Shown here: piece by piece, positions 11,601 through 23,600 of the stretch
Numbering within the stretch: position 1 is the first letter of the stretch
Layout: each line of letters begins with the position of its first letter
Origin: Lama guanicoe
Lineage: Eukaryota
Reading direction: 5' to 3'
NCBI GenBank assembly: GCA_013239625.1
Contig: MU053482.1
Coordinates: 4,911,775-4,975,774 of the forward strand
Length of the DNA: 64,000 nucleotides
Notes under the pieces: generated by a model
What the model was told of the DNA's origin: nothing
What the model saw: only the letters and a program-made list of their open reading frames with translations
The model's database searches: none
Made by a program: the position numbers and the translations under genes

Positions 11601-14600
11601 CCAGAATGACCTCTGGGATCAAGCAGAAAGGTCTCCATTGTGGAGGGCCCAGAGAAGAGGCAGGTGACCCGGGGGCTGTGGGAGGAGCTGTAATCCAGGC
11701 CGTGGTCTGCTCATCAACCCCCTTTGCATGATGGGACTGGAAGGGCCAGAGGCACCCAGGACTGCAGAGGGCAGGGCAGCTCTGGCAGGAGCATGCCGAG
11801 GTTTCCAGGAAAATAAGAAAGGGCTGGCAGAGAAGGACTTGAGTTGGTGAATGAGAAAGAAGCTCCTGGGATCCCAAGTTAGAGAAATCCTAGCCATGGT
11901 GGATGTGCAGCCCTTTCTGGAACAGGTCCGTGGCTCAGCAGTGCCTTGTGTACGTGGTGGGGAGGGAAGGGGATGGAATTAATATTTAGCTAGCACTTGG
12001 CATTTACTCTGTGTTTTGCACTGGGCACCTCTCTTTATCCCATTTTATTTCTTCAGCTTCCCTGTGAAGGAGCACTAGGCTTCCCATTACTCAGATGAGG
12101 AAACTGAGGGGCTACAGAACTTGCATGGTGCTGGGCAGCTGGTGTGGGTGTAAAGGGGGTGGGGGTCCAGGATCCCCTCCACCATCCTCTGAGGGAACCC
12201 AAAAGTGGGTGAGATTTCCCATCCCCTCTGCTGGGCTCTGGCCCCACCTTCTCCTCCCAGGCAGTGCCCCCCTCCCAGGCAGCAGCTTGAGTGGCAGGTA
12301 TTTTATTCCCCCCCTCAAGCCCTCCCCAAGTTTTCTCCCAAAGACAGGGTGTGAGGAACATGGGAGAGACCCCACTAGCTGGGGTGAGGTGGGGATGAGA
12401 CAGAGAAGAGAGGGGGCGGCTCCCAGGTCATGACCTTGGGAACCCCAAGGCTTTCTGGTAAGCTTGCTTCCCAAGGTGTCCTGGCTCTGTGCCAGAATGT
12501 TCCTGGATGGCTCCTCGGGGGAACAAAAAGGCAGTCTGTTGAGCTGAGGGGACCTTGAGGCAAGTTCAGTTTGACTCAGGAGGTGGCAGAGAGAGGAGAA
12601 CGAGGGGGCGAGGAAGAGGAGGAGAAGGAATCCGGCAGGAATTTGGCAAGCCGAAGGCAGGAAGCAAGGCAACAACTGACTCACAACTTTTGCCTTTTTA
12701 GGCTCGAACCATCTCCCTGTGGGCTGAGATGGGGGTTCGGGTGATGGCAGGCCGGCCAGCCACCTCCCCCGTGTCAGCTCCTGGCAGCTGCTTCCTGCCG
12801 CCACCCTCAGATCTGTTCCCCTGAGTTACCTTCCCCCTAAAGTGTTCTGGGGGGCTGGCTTCCCTCGGGGAAGTGGCCAGCTTCTCAGAGCCCAGGACAG
12901 GATGTGTGCTCAGACACGCGTACATCTGTGTATAAGGAAAGCAGGACGGAGTACTGACAATCCCCCTGCATGGTTCCCCTGTGCAAGTGGCTCTGGAAGG
13001 AACCCTTGGGGTGATGCTTGGGTCTGGCCTGGCCTTGGTGGGTCCCAGAAGAGGAGCCTCTCGGCCAAAGCTTTGGGGAAACTGAGGCCGGAGGATAATG
13101 CTAAGAAGCAAACTGAAATCTGAAGGCTGGACACCTTGGAGGGAAATGGAAAAAGATCAGCTGAGAAGCCAGGAGCAGGGAGTCTGACTGGAGTAGGGAG
13201 TTAGAGACAGCGGTCCTGGGAAGTCTCCGGGAAACGGCTCACAGGAGCGCTGGCTGGGCTGAGGGCATGACACTGAGCAGGCAGATCTGGACTTGAGCAT
13301 GGCATCTTCTGAATCCCTTTGAGGACCGATTATGGGCATAGTCCAAAAGGGAGACAAAATGCTTGAGAGTTTAGGTTTGCAGTGACTAGGGGCTATGTGT
13401 GTGCATGTGTGCACTCCCGAGAGAGAGGGAGTGAGATTGATCTTACAGGCGACAGCTGCCAGAATTCCGCTGTAACTGGGCTAATTGATTTCAGCCCCCA
13501 CAGTTCAGAATGAGGCTCGTCCTCTGGCCCCGGCCGCACTCCTGTCTCCTGTCAGTCTGAGTACATCCCTGCATCTTACTTGTTCCCTGACTGATGGGAG
13601 GTTGGCACAGACCCCACTACATGTGCTTCAAATAAATTGATACTCATTATAGTCTCCCTCCCTTGTGTTCTCGTATAATCTCAAACTAACGTCTAGTCTG
13701 AGAACCCCTTGGTGCACATGTGAGAAGGAAGAGCCTGTTTCCCTGGCAGTGGCTGCCTGGCCTGTGGGAGTGGTCAGGCATGGAGTGGGCAGAGGCCTCA
13801 GGTGGTTTACTGACTGGGTGATTTAACGTAGCCCCAGCCCTGACCCCATGCCTTTAGGGCAAATGTTAGAGGTAGCTGTCTGTTTCCAAGAAACACCCCA
13901 GAGAGCCCTGCTCCACCTCTTGGGAACATTCTCACATGAGCATGAGACACAGTGGCTCTTGGACTTCCCGTCCTTCCCCCATGGGAGCCTGACACTCCCA
14001 CATCTCTCCTTCCAAATCCCAAGCTGTGGGCTCCGGGACCTCCGAGTCCATCTCTGGCATCTTCCTCCCTCTGACTCTGTGTACAGGAGCGTCACCTCCT
14101 CTTTTCATGATGAAATAAGGAAACCACAACTCTGTAATGGAGAGTGTGTTCTTTCCCTGGCAGATTTGACAACAACAGTAAACAACAAGAGAACCATGTT
14201 GCCCTCAAAGGAAGCTTCTCCTTTTTCTCCTTCCTCGTCGTCTTCGCCTTCCCCACCATCTTCTTCCTCAGCTGGTGTCCCGGGGAGAGCCCTGGATCTG
14301 CCCTCCCCACCTCAGGTAAGTGCCTGGGGGCCTCACAGGTGCTAGGAAGGTGGGCTGCCTGTGCTCTTCCCACTTCCACACTGAACTCTAGATTCCTAGC
14401 ACCCTTAGTCACCGCAAGGGCCAAGCCAGACCAGAGAGATGCTCTGCCAAGAGTCCACCCTTCTTTACTTGTCCTTTTCTTTTAAAAAAATTTTTTTTAT
14501 TGAAGTATAATCAATTTATAATATATTAATTTCTGGTGCACAGCATAGTGATTCGGTTATAGATATGTATACTCCTTTTCGTGTTCCTTTTCATTACAGG

Positions 14601-17600
14601 CTATTAAAAGGTATTGAATATAATTCCCTGTGCTCTACAGTGGACCTTGTTGTTTACCTATTTTATATATAGTGGTTCGTATCTGCAAATCTCAAACTTC
14701 CAATTTATACTTTCCCCCTTCCCCCCTGGTAACTATACCATATGATATCACTTGTATGTGGAATCTAAAAAATGGCACAAGTGCACTTGGCCCTTTCATG
14801 AGGGTGCACCCTGCTCCTTCTCAGCCAGCCACTCACTCACTCACTCAGCAGACTTTAGGGGCATGGAATCTGGGCTGGACTGTGGGAGGCAGAAGCACCA
14901 GGACTTAACACTCTGCCCTCAAGGACCCCACGGAGGGCACTGAGGAGCTGCAGCTGAAGGATGGCGGGCCCAGAACTGAGGGTGCCTTTGGTAGCAGCTG
15001 AGAACCTTGGAAGCAACATCCCCCTTGAACAGAAAATGGCATTGCTGCGAGTCTAGGCAGGGCTGGACTCTCCTTCAGTGTGAAAGATTGCACCTCTGCT
15101 ACCTGCCTGGCCCTGTTCTAGGCTCTGGGAAGCGGAACGCCCGAGACAAAAACGTCCATGCTCTTGTGAAGCTCCTGTCCCATGACCAGAGTTCCTGACA
15201 GGGCACAGTTCATCCTCCTAGAGTCTGCTACGTTCTTTCTTTGCCAAGGACCAAGCTCCTGCATGCTAGAAATGGCCACTCGTTCAGTGCGAAATGTGAG
15301 GCATAAGTCAGGTTTAGAAGGGTCATCGAAGATCCTGAAGGCTATCCTGCCACCACAGCTCCAAGCCAGAAGAGTAGCTGTCTCTCTTTACCTTAATGGT
15401 CTCCAAGGAAGAAGCCCTGGTTTCTTCGTTGTTGGAGGAACATGCCTATGGGTGGGATGTGCCTGTTAGTAGGGACCATGGCCAAGCCAGGCACAGGGGA
15501 TTTGGCCTTCCCTATGAGCCTGGCCACCCACAGGGGCCAGACCAGCCCTACCCTCACTGGCCCAGGAACTTGTCAGTGACTTTGCCTTCCCTTGTGGCCT
15601 CCCACCCAGGAAAGCCTTTGATCAGTGCTGATATGGGGGCTCTGGGCCACTCCAGCCCATTCCAAGGCAGCCACTTAGAAGAGTGATCCTCTGAAATCAT
15701 CCCAGGTAGAATTCCTTTTGTCTAGATATGGAGAGAGGAAGGGAGGGGGCTGTGGACTGAGATGTGTCTTCCTCAGGTAAATAAATGCTAGGAATTTCTA
15801 AATCACTCCTACTTTTTGTCCATCCCCTCCAGGTGACAGTTTACAACTCCCCCTCGCATTTCTCGGGGGATCATTTCAGTCCTTCCACCCCAATCTTTCT
15901 GAGGCGAGCCAGGGCCCAAGGAGTACCCAAGGAAATCCCCCTATATTTGCCTCATGACCACGTGCTGGAGAGGGCAGAGTACTACCTGGTGACGCCTGGT
16001 GGAGACAGCCTTGCCAGCCCCAGGCCACCCGACCCTGCAGAGATGGCTTCTGATGAGTGTCAGGAGGGAGGGCCCCCTTTTGGGGGTACCAGAAGCATCC
16101 ACAGAGGTCCACACTCCATGGGAGGGAAGAACAGCTGCTTGCCAGACCAAGAGCTGTCCCCCAGGGCTGGAGAGGACCCAGGAGAAAGGAGTACCAGACT
16201 CAGGGGGGGAGAGGAGAGTGGGTCAGAGCTGGCAGAGGGGAAGAAGTCGGGCTTAAAGAAGCTGGTCCTCACTCAGGAGCAGAAGACCAGCCTCCTGGAT
16301 TGGAATGACTCCAACCCTGAGAGCTTGCACCTGGAAGCCGGGGCACGACTTTCCCAGCAAAGCGCTGAGAATGTTACAGGAGGCCGTGCGTGGAAACCAG
16401 TCCGCCCCTTGCTACTCCCTCGGACAGTGGGAGAGACCCTGCCAGCCCAGAGAGAGGCTCAGGAAAAGATGGGGACCCCAGCCGAACGGGCTCCAGGGGA
16501 GCGAAGTGTGGCCCCACCCAAGTCCCCACTAAGGCTCATAGCAAACGCCATCCGAAGGTCTCTGGAGCCGCTCCTCCCCAGCTCCGATGGCGGGAAGAAG
16601 GTCTGGGCCAAGTCAGAGTCAAAGACTTTGCCCACCAGCCCACCCCATGGCACTCGCTCGTTCAGCCTTTGGAAAAGCAGCTCCAGTAAAGACAGGGACC
16701 AGCAGTCCCCCAAGAAAGACAAGGCAAGCAGGGCCTCAGCCTTCTTCTCCCTGGGCACCCCACCTACCAGGGCTGCCCAGCCCTCGGACCCGGGCCCTCA
16801 TGACCCTGCCCTCCACACCCACAGTTTGCCCAACCGACCATCCAAGATGTTTCCTGCATTTGTGTCCCCACCCTACAGCAAGATGGAAGACGTCCCCACA
16901 CTCCTGGAGAAAGTGAGCTTGCAAGAGACCTTCCCAGATGCTTCCAGGGTTCCCAAGAAAAAAACCTCACTCTTCTCCTCCCTCAGACTGAAAGACAAAT
17001 CTTTTGAGAGCTTCCCCCAAGTATCCAGACCAAGAAAGGACCTCCAAGACCTCTTTGGCAGCCCCAAGGGGAAGGTGCCGCCCGTGGGCAGTGCCCAGGC
17101 CCTGGAGAAGCTGGTGCAGCCCGTCAGCAGCGCCTGCCTAGGGCGGAGGCTCCCTCCTCCTTCTCTGGAGAAAGATGCAAGTAAGTGGCTCTTTCCTAAC
17201 GAAAGTCTACTGTTCACACTGGGCAACTAGTTACCCTTATTGGATTAACAAGCAGGCCTCTTTCACCTTGTTTTGCTTCTCAAATTGAATTCTGACAAAA
17301 GTAGGAAAACTTGAATTTGAAAAAAATCTGAAAAAGTTAAATTTGAAACTATGTTATAGAAAGTTTTGAAAGAGACACAGAATCAACTGTAATTACACCA
17401 CTTTCCCATTCATTGTCCATATGATTATTTTTCACTAAGTTATATACATAAAATTTTATATCTTTTTAAAGCAACATTATATCATAGGTATTAAGCCTAT
17501 GGTATAAGCCTTACTTTATAGTCTACATAAATGTGATTTAACGGCTATAGTATATTCTATCTAGTGGATATGTTATTATTTAATGAACTATTTTCTTATG

Positions 17601-20600
17601 GTTTAACTTATTGATATATACATTATATATGAATATATTTATATTTTATGTATGGTATTGAATGAACATTTTTATGCACATAGCTTTTTCTTTCCTTTGA
17701 ATTATATTTTTTAGGATAGGTTCCAAGAAATGGGATTCCTGATTGAAAAATGTGAACTTTTGAAAGATTCTTTTAACTAACACTGACAACTTGTGCTTCA
17801 AAAGAGAATTGTATGGGTTAAGATTACATAGGATCTCTCTGTTATTTCTTACAACAGCATGTTAAAAATTTCAGTTGAAACAAGGGAAAGGCACCAGTTT
17901 ATATCCCACAGCTAATGATGAGAGCACCTTTTTCATCATGCTGTCACCTGCGTTGTATATTATATATCTTAAATGTTGCTATTTTACTAGTCAAAAAAAA
18001 ATGGTGCCTCTTTTAAACTTTTTTTTTTTCATCACTAGCTTTAACACATTTATGTGTATTTGGCTACCAATGGGACCTTAGGCTTTTATGTTTAAATCTG
18101 ATTATAATTTTTCAAATTATAAAATTAATATATCAACAAATCAGAATAATTCAACAGTAAGGAGATATTTTTTGAAAGTAATGTGTAATCTCTCACCCCA
18201 TTCTCTTCTTTGCCAAAGCATTGGGACATATCCTTAGCGAAAACACTTACATGATTTCTTTTTTTGTTGTTGATATTTGTTTGATTGCTTTAAACACACT
18301 GATTCTACCATCCCTGTTGCTGAGAACTTTGTTTTTCTTCATTGTTAAAAACTTTTTTAAAATTTAACTTTAATTTTGGAGCTTTCCGTTTTCAAGCAAA
18401 ACAATTATTTCTCCCTTTTGGTGCTTTAATCATAAAACTATATAGATTAACAAGAGACTTTATTTTCAGCCAATTCAAGATAAGTGTGGGCAGGCTGAAG
18501 TCCACCCTTTTTATTACATCGTAAACTTTGTGTTGTGCATTTTTTTCATAGATAATACATTCACATGGCTCAAAATAAAAGGGTACAAAAGGCACAAAAT
18601 AAATAGCCCTATCTCCCTTTCCTGTCCCTGAGCATCCAGTCCTATCCCTGATGACAGATATTATCATCAGGTTCTCGAGCATACTTCCAGACAAAATTTA
18701 TGAATATATAATCAAATTTACATATTATATTTTTTCTTTTTTGCACAAATAATAACATGCTAGCGTATTGAATGCACTTTTTTAACTTTTAATTTTATTT
18801 TGGAGATTATTGTGTATCAGTACATACAGAACTTTCTCCTTAATTTCATAGCTACATGGTATTCCATTGTGTAGATGTACCATACTTTTTGTAGCCAGTC
18901 CCCTATGATGGGAAGTTTAAGTATTTCAAATCTTTTGCTATTGCAAACAGTGCTGTGATAATGAGGAACGTGGACCATTTGGCATATGTGTGAATTTAAC
19001 CTGTAGGATAAATTCCTAAAAGTGGAAATTCAAGAACGGAGGATATGTGAATTGGGAATTTTGATAGATACTGCCAAATCGTCCTCTGTCAAAGTGGTTC
19101 TGGTTCATACTCCCGGCAGCAAAGTATGAGATGGCACCCTTTAACCTGCACTAACCAGTGTGTTGTCCAACTTTTTTTTAAAATCTTTACCAGCCTGGTA
19201 GGTGATTGAGCATCTTTTCATATACTAAAGTCATTTGTATTTCCTTTTCTGTGAGCTATTGTTTCTGTCTTTAGTTTTCCATTGGGTTGTTCATATTTTT
19301 CTTAAAGACATGGAAGGATTCTATTGAAAGGGAAACTTAGCTCTTTTCTTTTGGTATAAATTACAAATACTTTTTCCAGCTTCTTATTTGTGTTTAACTT
19401 TGTTTATAGTGATTTTTGTCATATAAAATTTTAATTTTGTCATATAAAATTTTTTGTCATATAAAATTTTAATTTTATATGGTGGTTGTAGCAATTCTTC
19501 ATTTTATGGCTTCTGAGCTTCATATAATAATTCAGAAGGAACTTTTTCTAAGTTTATAGAACGTTTTCTTACAGTTTCTTTTAGTCTTATTTGTTTTAGA
19601 TTTTCTTACTTTTATATATTTACATCGAGATTATCCTAATATAAAATGTAAGCTGTGGGTCCAATCTTCTTTTTTTTTTTAGATGTCTCCTTGGTTATCC
19701 TAAAATAATTTAGTGAATAGCACATCTTTTTTTCCTCTCTTACGTGAGATGACATGTTTATTATATGTAAAATTCCTGTACTTGGACTGATTTCCATACC
19801 ATCTACTATGTTCTATTGAGTTGTCTGTTATGTGTCAGTAACATTATTTCCTTTGTATATTTATATATTTTAAGATTTTTATATTTTACCGTCTAGTAGA
19901 AAGAGTATTTCATTATTGATCTTTTCTTTCAAAATTTTCCTGGCTCTTCTTGCTTGTTTGATATTCCACATGGACTTAGCATTAGCTTGTCTATGTACCA
20001 AAAAAATCCTATGAGTACTTTTCTGGGATTAAGTTTATAAACTAACTTGTTAAGAATCTACAACTTTATGGTATGAGTTGCCTTTCCATTTGCTCGTATC
20101 CTTTTTTGTGACCCTCTAGAATATTCTAAACTTGAAATCATATAGATCTTATATATTTTTTATTGGGTATGTTCATTTTTGTTGCTATTATAAATAAGAT
20201 ATTTTCCATTTTATCTTCCTGCTATTGTTTGTATATATGGAATTTATTGATTTCGTATAGCAGTTTTGCACCATCTATTTTTACTGAATTCTCTTTGCTT
20301 GTAAAAGCTTTTCAATGGTTTCTCTTGGGTCCTACCCCAATATATAGTCATAACATCTGCAAATAATGATAATTTTACCTCTTGTTTTTAAGTTGTGTAC
20401 CTTTAACTTATTTTGTTTCCTAGTTTCTTTGGTTTCCATACTCTCCAGAACAACATTAAAGTAGCGATAATGGTTTCCTTATTATATTCTTAACTTTGAT
20501 AAGAATGTATCTCATTAATAAGAATGTTTTCCCATCAAAGTATGGTGCTGGCTTCTGGGTTGACCCAGATGTATTTAGTCATTTTAAGAAAATAGCTAAT

Positions 20601-23600
20601 AGCTGTGTAGTCCTATTTTATTAAAAGTATTTTTAATCGTAAGTGGATGTTGAATTTTATTAAATGTCATTTCAGCGCCTTTTGAGATTATTGTATGATT
20701 TTTTTCTGCATAGTTTAATTAATGTTATGAATTATGTAATAGATTCACTGATACTGAACCATCCTTATATTGCTAAAATAAATACCATTTGGTCATGATG
20801 CCTTATTGTTTTAATACACTCTTCTGTTTGCTAATATTTTATTTAAGATTTTTGCATCAAATTTGTAGGTAAGATTAACCTTTAGTTCACTTATATCACA
20901 TTTATATGGCTTCTGTATGTGCTGATTAGAATAAGTTGGGATAAATGTGTTTTCCTGATTTATTTATCATGAAGAGCTGCATTCATTTATATTCATTAGG
21001 AAATGGTGTGACTTCCTTGGCTCAGAACAGAATTGGAGTGCAGAGAGTAGAGTTAGATTAAGGCTGACCAGCTCTAGAAAAAGTGCCTGGCCCCTTCACA
21101 TAGAAGAGATTTGTGTTTCTTAGATGTTCTTATGTTAGTTTCCTAAGAATGTACAGATTTTACCTACCCTCTCAGATCAGATGCATTAGTTTGCTTTTAT
21201 TTCCTTGCCCTTGGCCAGCCAACCCCCCCAACACACACACACTCTACACTGCTCATGTTACATTTAACTTGCCAGATACACACTTCCATGCCATAGAGGG
21301 AGAAAACAGTACTGACATGGAAAGTGAGAAACTTTCAAAGCTTAATCAAGTGGAAATACCTCCAATTTATAATCACTTGAATAAGAGCCAGCTGAAATTT
21401 AACTTTTCTTATTTTTATAACACAACTTGCCGGGTAAATGGTAAACATAGATCCCTCAGTCTTTAAGTTACTTAGGGGCATCAACTGATTTCAAGCACTT
21501 ACTAGCGCCAATTTTATACATGCAGTTTTAATGCTAATTATTATTCCTGTATATAATTAAACAAGACACCTTGAGAACATCTCTTTTTTATTTTTGTGTA
21601 AAATATTTAGTGCAGTATGAAATACATACAGAAATATTAAGTATGCAACTGATGGATTTTTGCAAGGGGCACATTTGTGTAATCGCCTTGGAGATCAAGA
21701 AATGGAACATTTCACCAGCACTCAGAAGCCTCCCTCATGCTTCTTCCTAAATATAACCCCACCCAACAAAAGTACTTACCATCTGATTTCTTTCATCTTC
21801 GATTACTTTCGCAGTGTTTTGACTTTATAGAAATTTAATCATTCAGCCTGTGGTCAGTAAAATTCTAAAAGGGACCCAGGCTGTCCATGCACTTGCCCCG
21901 TGTAATCCTGTCCTCTCGAGTACAGTGGGAATGTGAAGATGACGGCTTTCACTTCTGTACTTAGGTTATGGGATTTTGCAAATGTAATTAAGTTCCAAAC
22001 CAATTGAGTTTGAGTTCATCAAAAGGGAGATTATTCTGGGTAGGCCTCACCTAATCGGGTGAGCCCTTAACAAGGATTGGGCCCTTTCTGAAGTCAAAAA
22101 TTCAAAACATGAGAAAGACATGATCCTGCTGGCCTTGAAGGAGTAAACTGTCATGTTGTGAGAGGGCTTATGGACAGGAGGCCCCTAGGAGCTACAGGCA
22201 GCTGACAGCCAGCAAGAAAATGGAACCCATGTCCTACAACCACTAGAACTGAATCCTGCCAACAGCCTGAATGAGCAGGAAGAGAGCCCTTAGCTACAGA
22301 GGAGACCCCCGCCCCGTGGACTCCTTGCCTGCAGCTTTGTGAGATGCTGAGCAGGGGACCCGGTGGAGCCAGGCCTGCACTTCTGACCTACACAACTGTG
22401 AGATTATCAGTGGGGGCTATTGTAAGCTGCAACATGGTGTTCATGGCTCCCACAATACAAAACTAATCCAAGTATATGCTCTTTTGTGCCCGGCTTATTT
22501 CATTAAAATTATGCAGGGGGTGGTGGGGGGAGGGAAGAGAGGTTGATACGCATAGCAGTGGTTTCCTCTTTTCCACCACTGCGGTTTATTCCCTTGTATG
22601 AATATGCCGCTCTTCATTTGTGCAGTCTGATGCTGGGCACTTAGGTTGTTTTCAGTTGTTTTTATTGTGAAGAACGCTGCTTTCAGCACCTTATACATAT
22701 AGTTTCTGTTGAGTACTGTCAAAGATAAACAAAGCTGGATACTAGTTAAGTGGTAAGGACAGAGTTTAATGAGTAATTGTTACAGTAAGGAAGAGGGTCC
22801 AGCATGAACTGGACTCAGCTTTGATTTTGGCAGGGGTGGCTGGATGTTCGACAGGAAAAATGAGGGAGTAGGGAGAGGGCTGAATGGGGGCCTCAGCAGA
22901 GTCAAGGGAGTGAAAGGTTCCGCAGGGTGGGCCCATGTAAATGCTGATCGGGCCAGCTGGGTCTGCTAGCAGGTGGTGGTGGAGGTTAGGCTTCCATCCT
23001 CCCTTGGAGACTGGGAGACAGAGGCCTTGTCCGTCCTGAAGATTGCATTTGAAAGGACTGGCCTTCCAGTTCCTTGGGAAAAACACTCCAGAGTGGCAGG
23101 AGATACATACACATCTCAAAAGGACAGAGGAAAGATTGATGATTGCAGGTCTTTTTTAGTAAAGGCTCCAAGAAAGGGTGGTCAGGAGGGAATAGACAGG
23201 TGTTGGCTAAAACCAACAGTAAATTCGTCAGTCTTGAGTTTTCTCAGGCAGGTACTTGAGGGGGACTGGGTCCTCCTCATCCGAGGGATGTGGCCTTGAG
23301 CTGTTAGAAACTGCTAGTGTTTAAGACTTTCAATGCAGGATAAGGTGAGTGGGCTAAACTGTTTGTGTTGAAACTCTGGTTGTTACGGGCCAAGGTTGAG
23401 GTCCAGCCAAGAAGAGGGTTCAGGTAGCTTGGCTAGAGTTTGGTGGAAGAGAGAATCTGTCAGTACCGAACCGAGAGTGGAACTGTTAGGTCGTGGGCTC
23501 AGGTATCTATGGTTTTCTTTAGTAGGCACCATCAGACAGGAGAAGACAGTATCTTCTCCCACACTTGGGCTCACTATTTCACTCTCTAAAGACGTTTTTG

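Noticed and set aside
15771..15782. Donor-like cctcag|gtaaat just upstream of exon E
   Set aside because: I found no supported upstream acceptor or homologous peptide, so there is no evidence for a cryptic exon.
16873..17226. Antisense ORFs over exon E (also 16459..16758 and others)
   Set aside because: Expected shadow ORFs of GC-rich coding sequence, with no independent support.
15785..17230. Single-exon 481-aa gene
   Set aside because: The ORF is exon E plus intronic extensions. Canonical splice sites at 15833 and 17180 join it in phase to its neighbours, and the extra termini lack homology.
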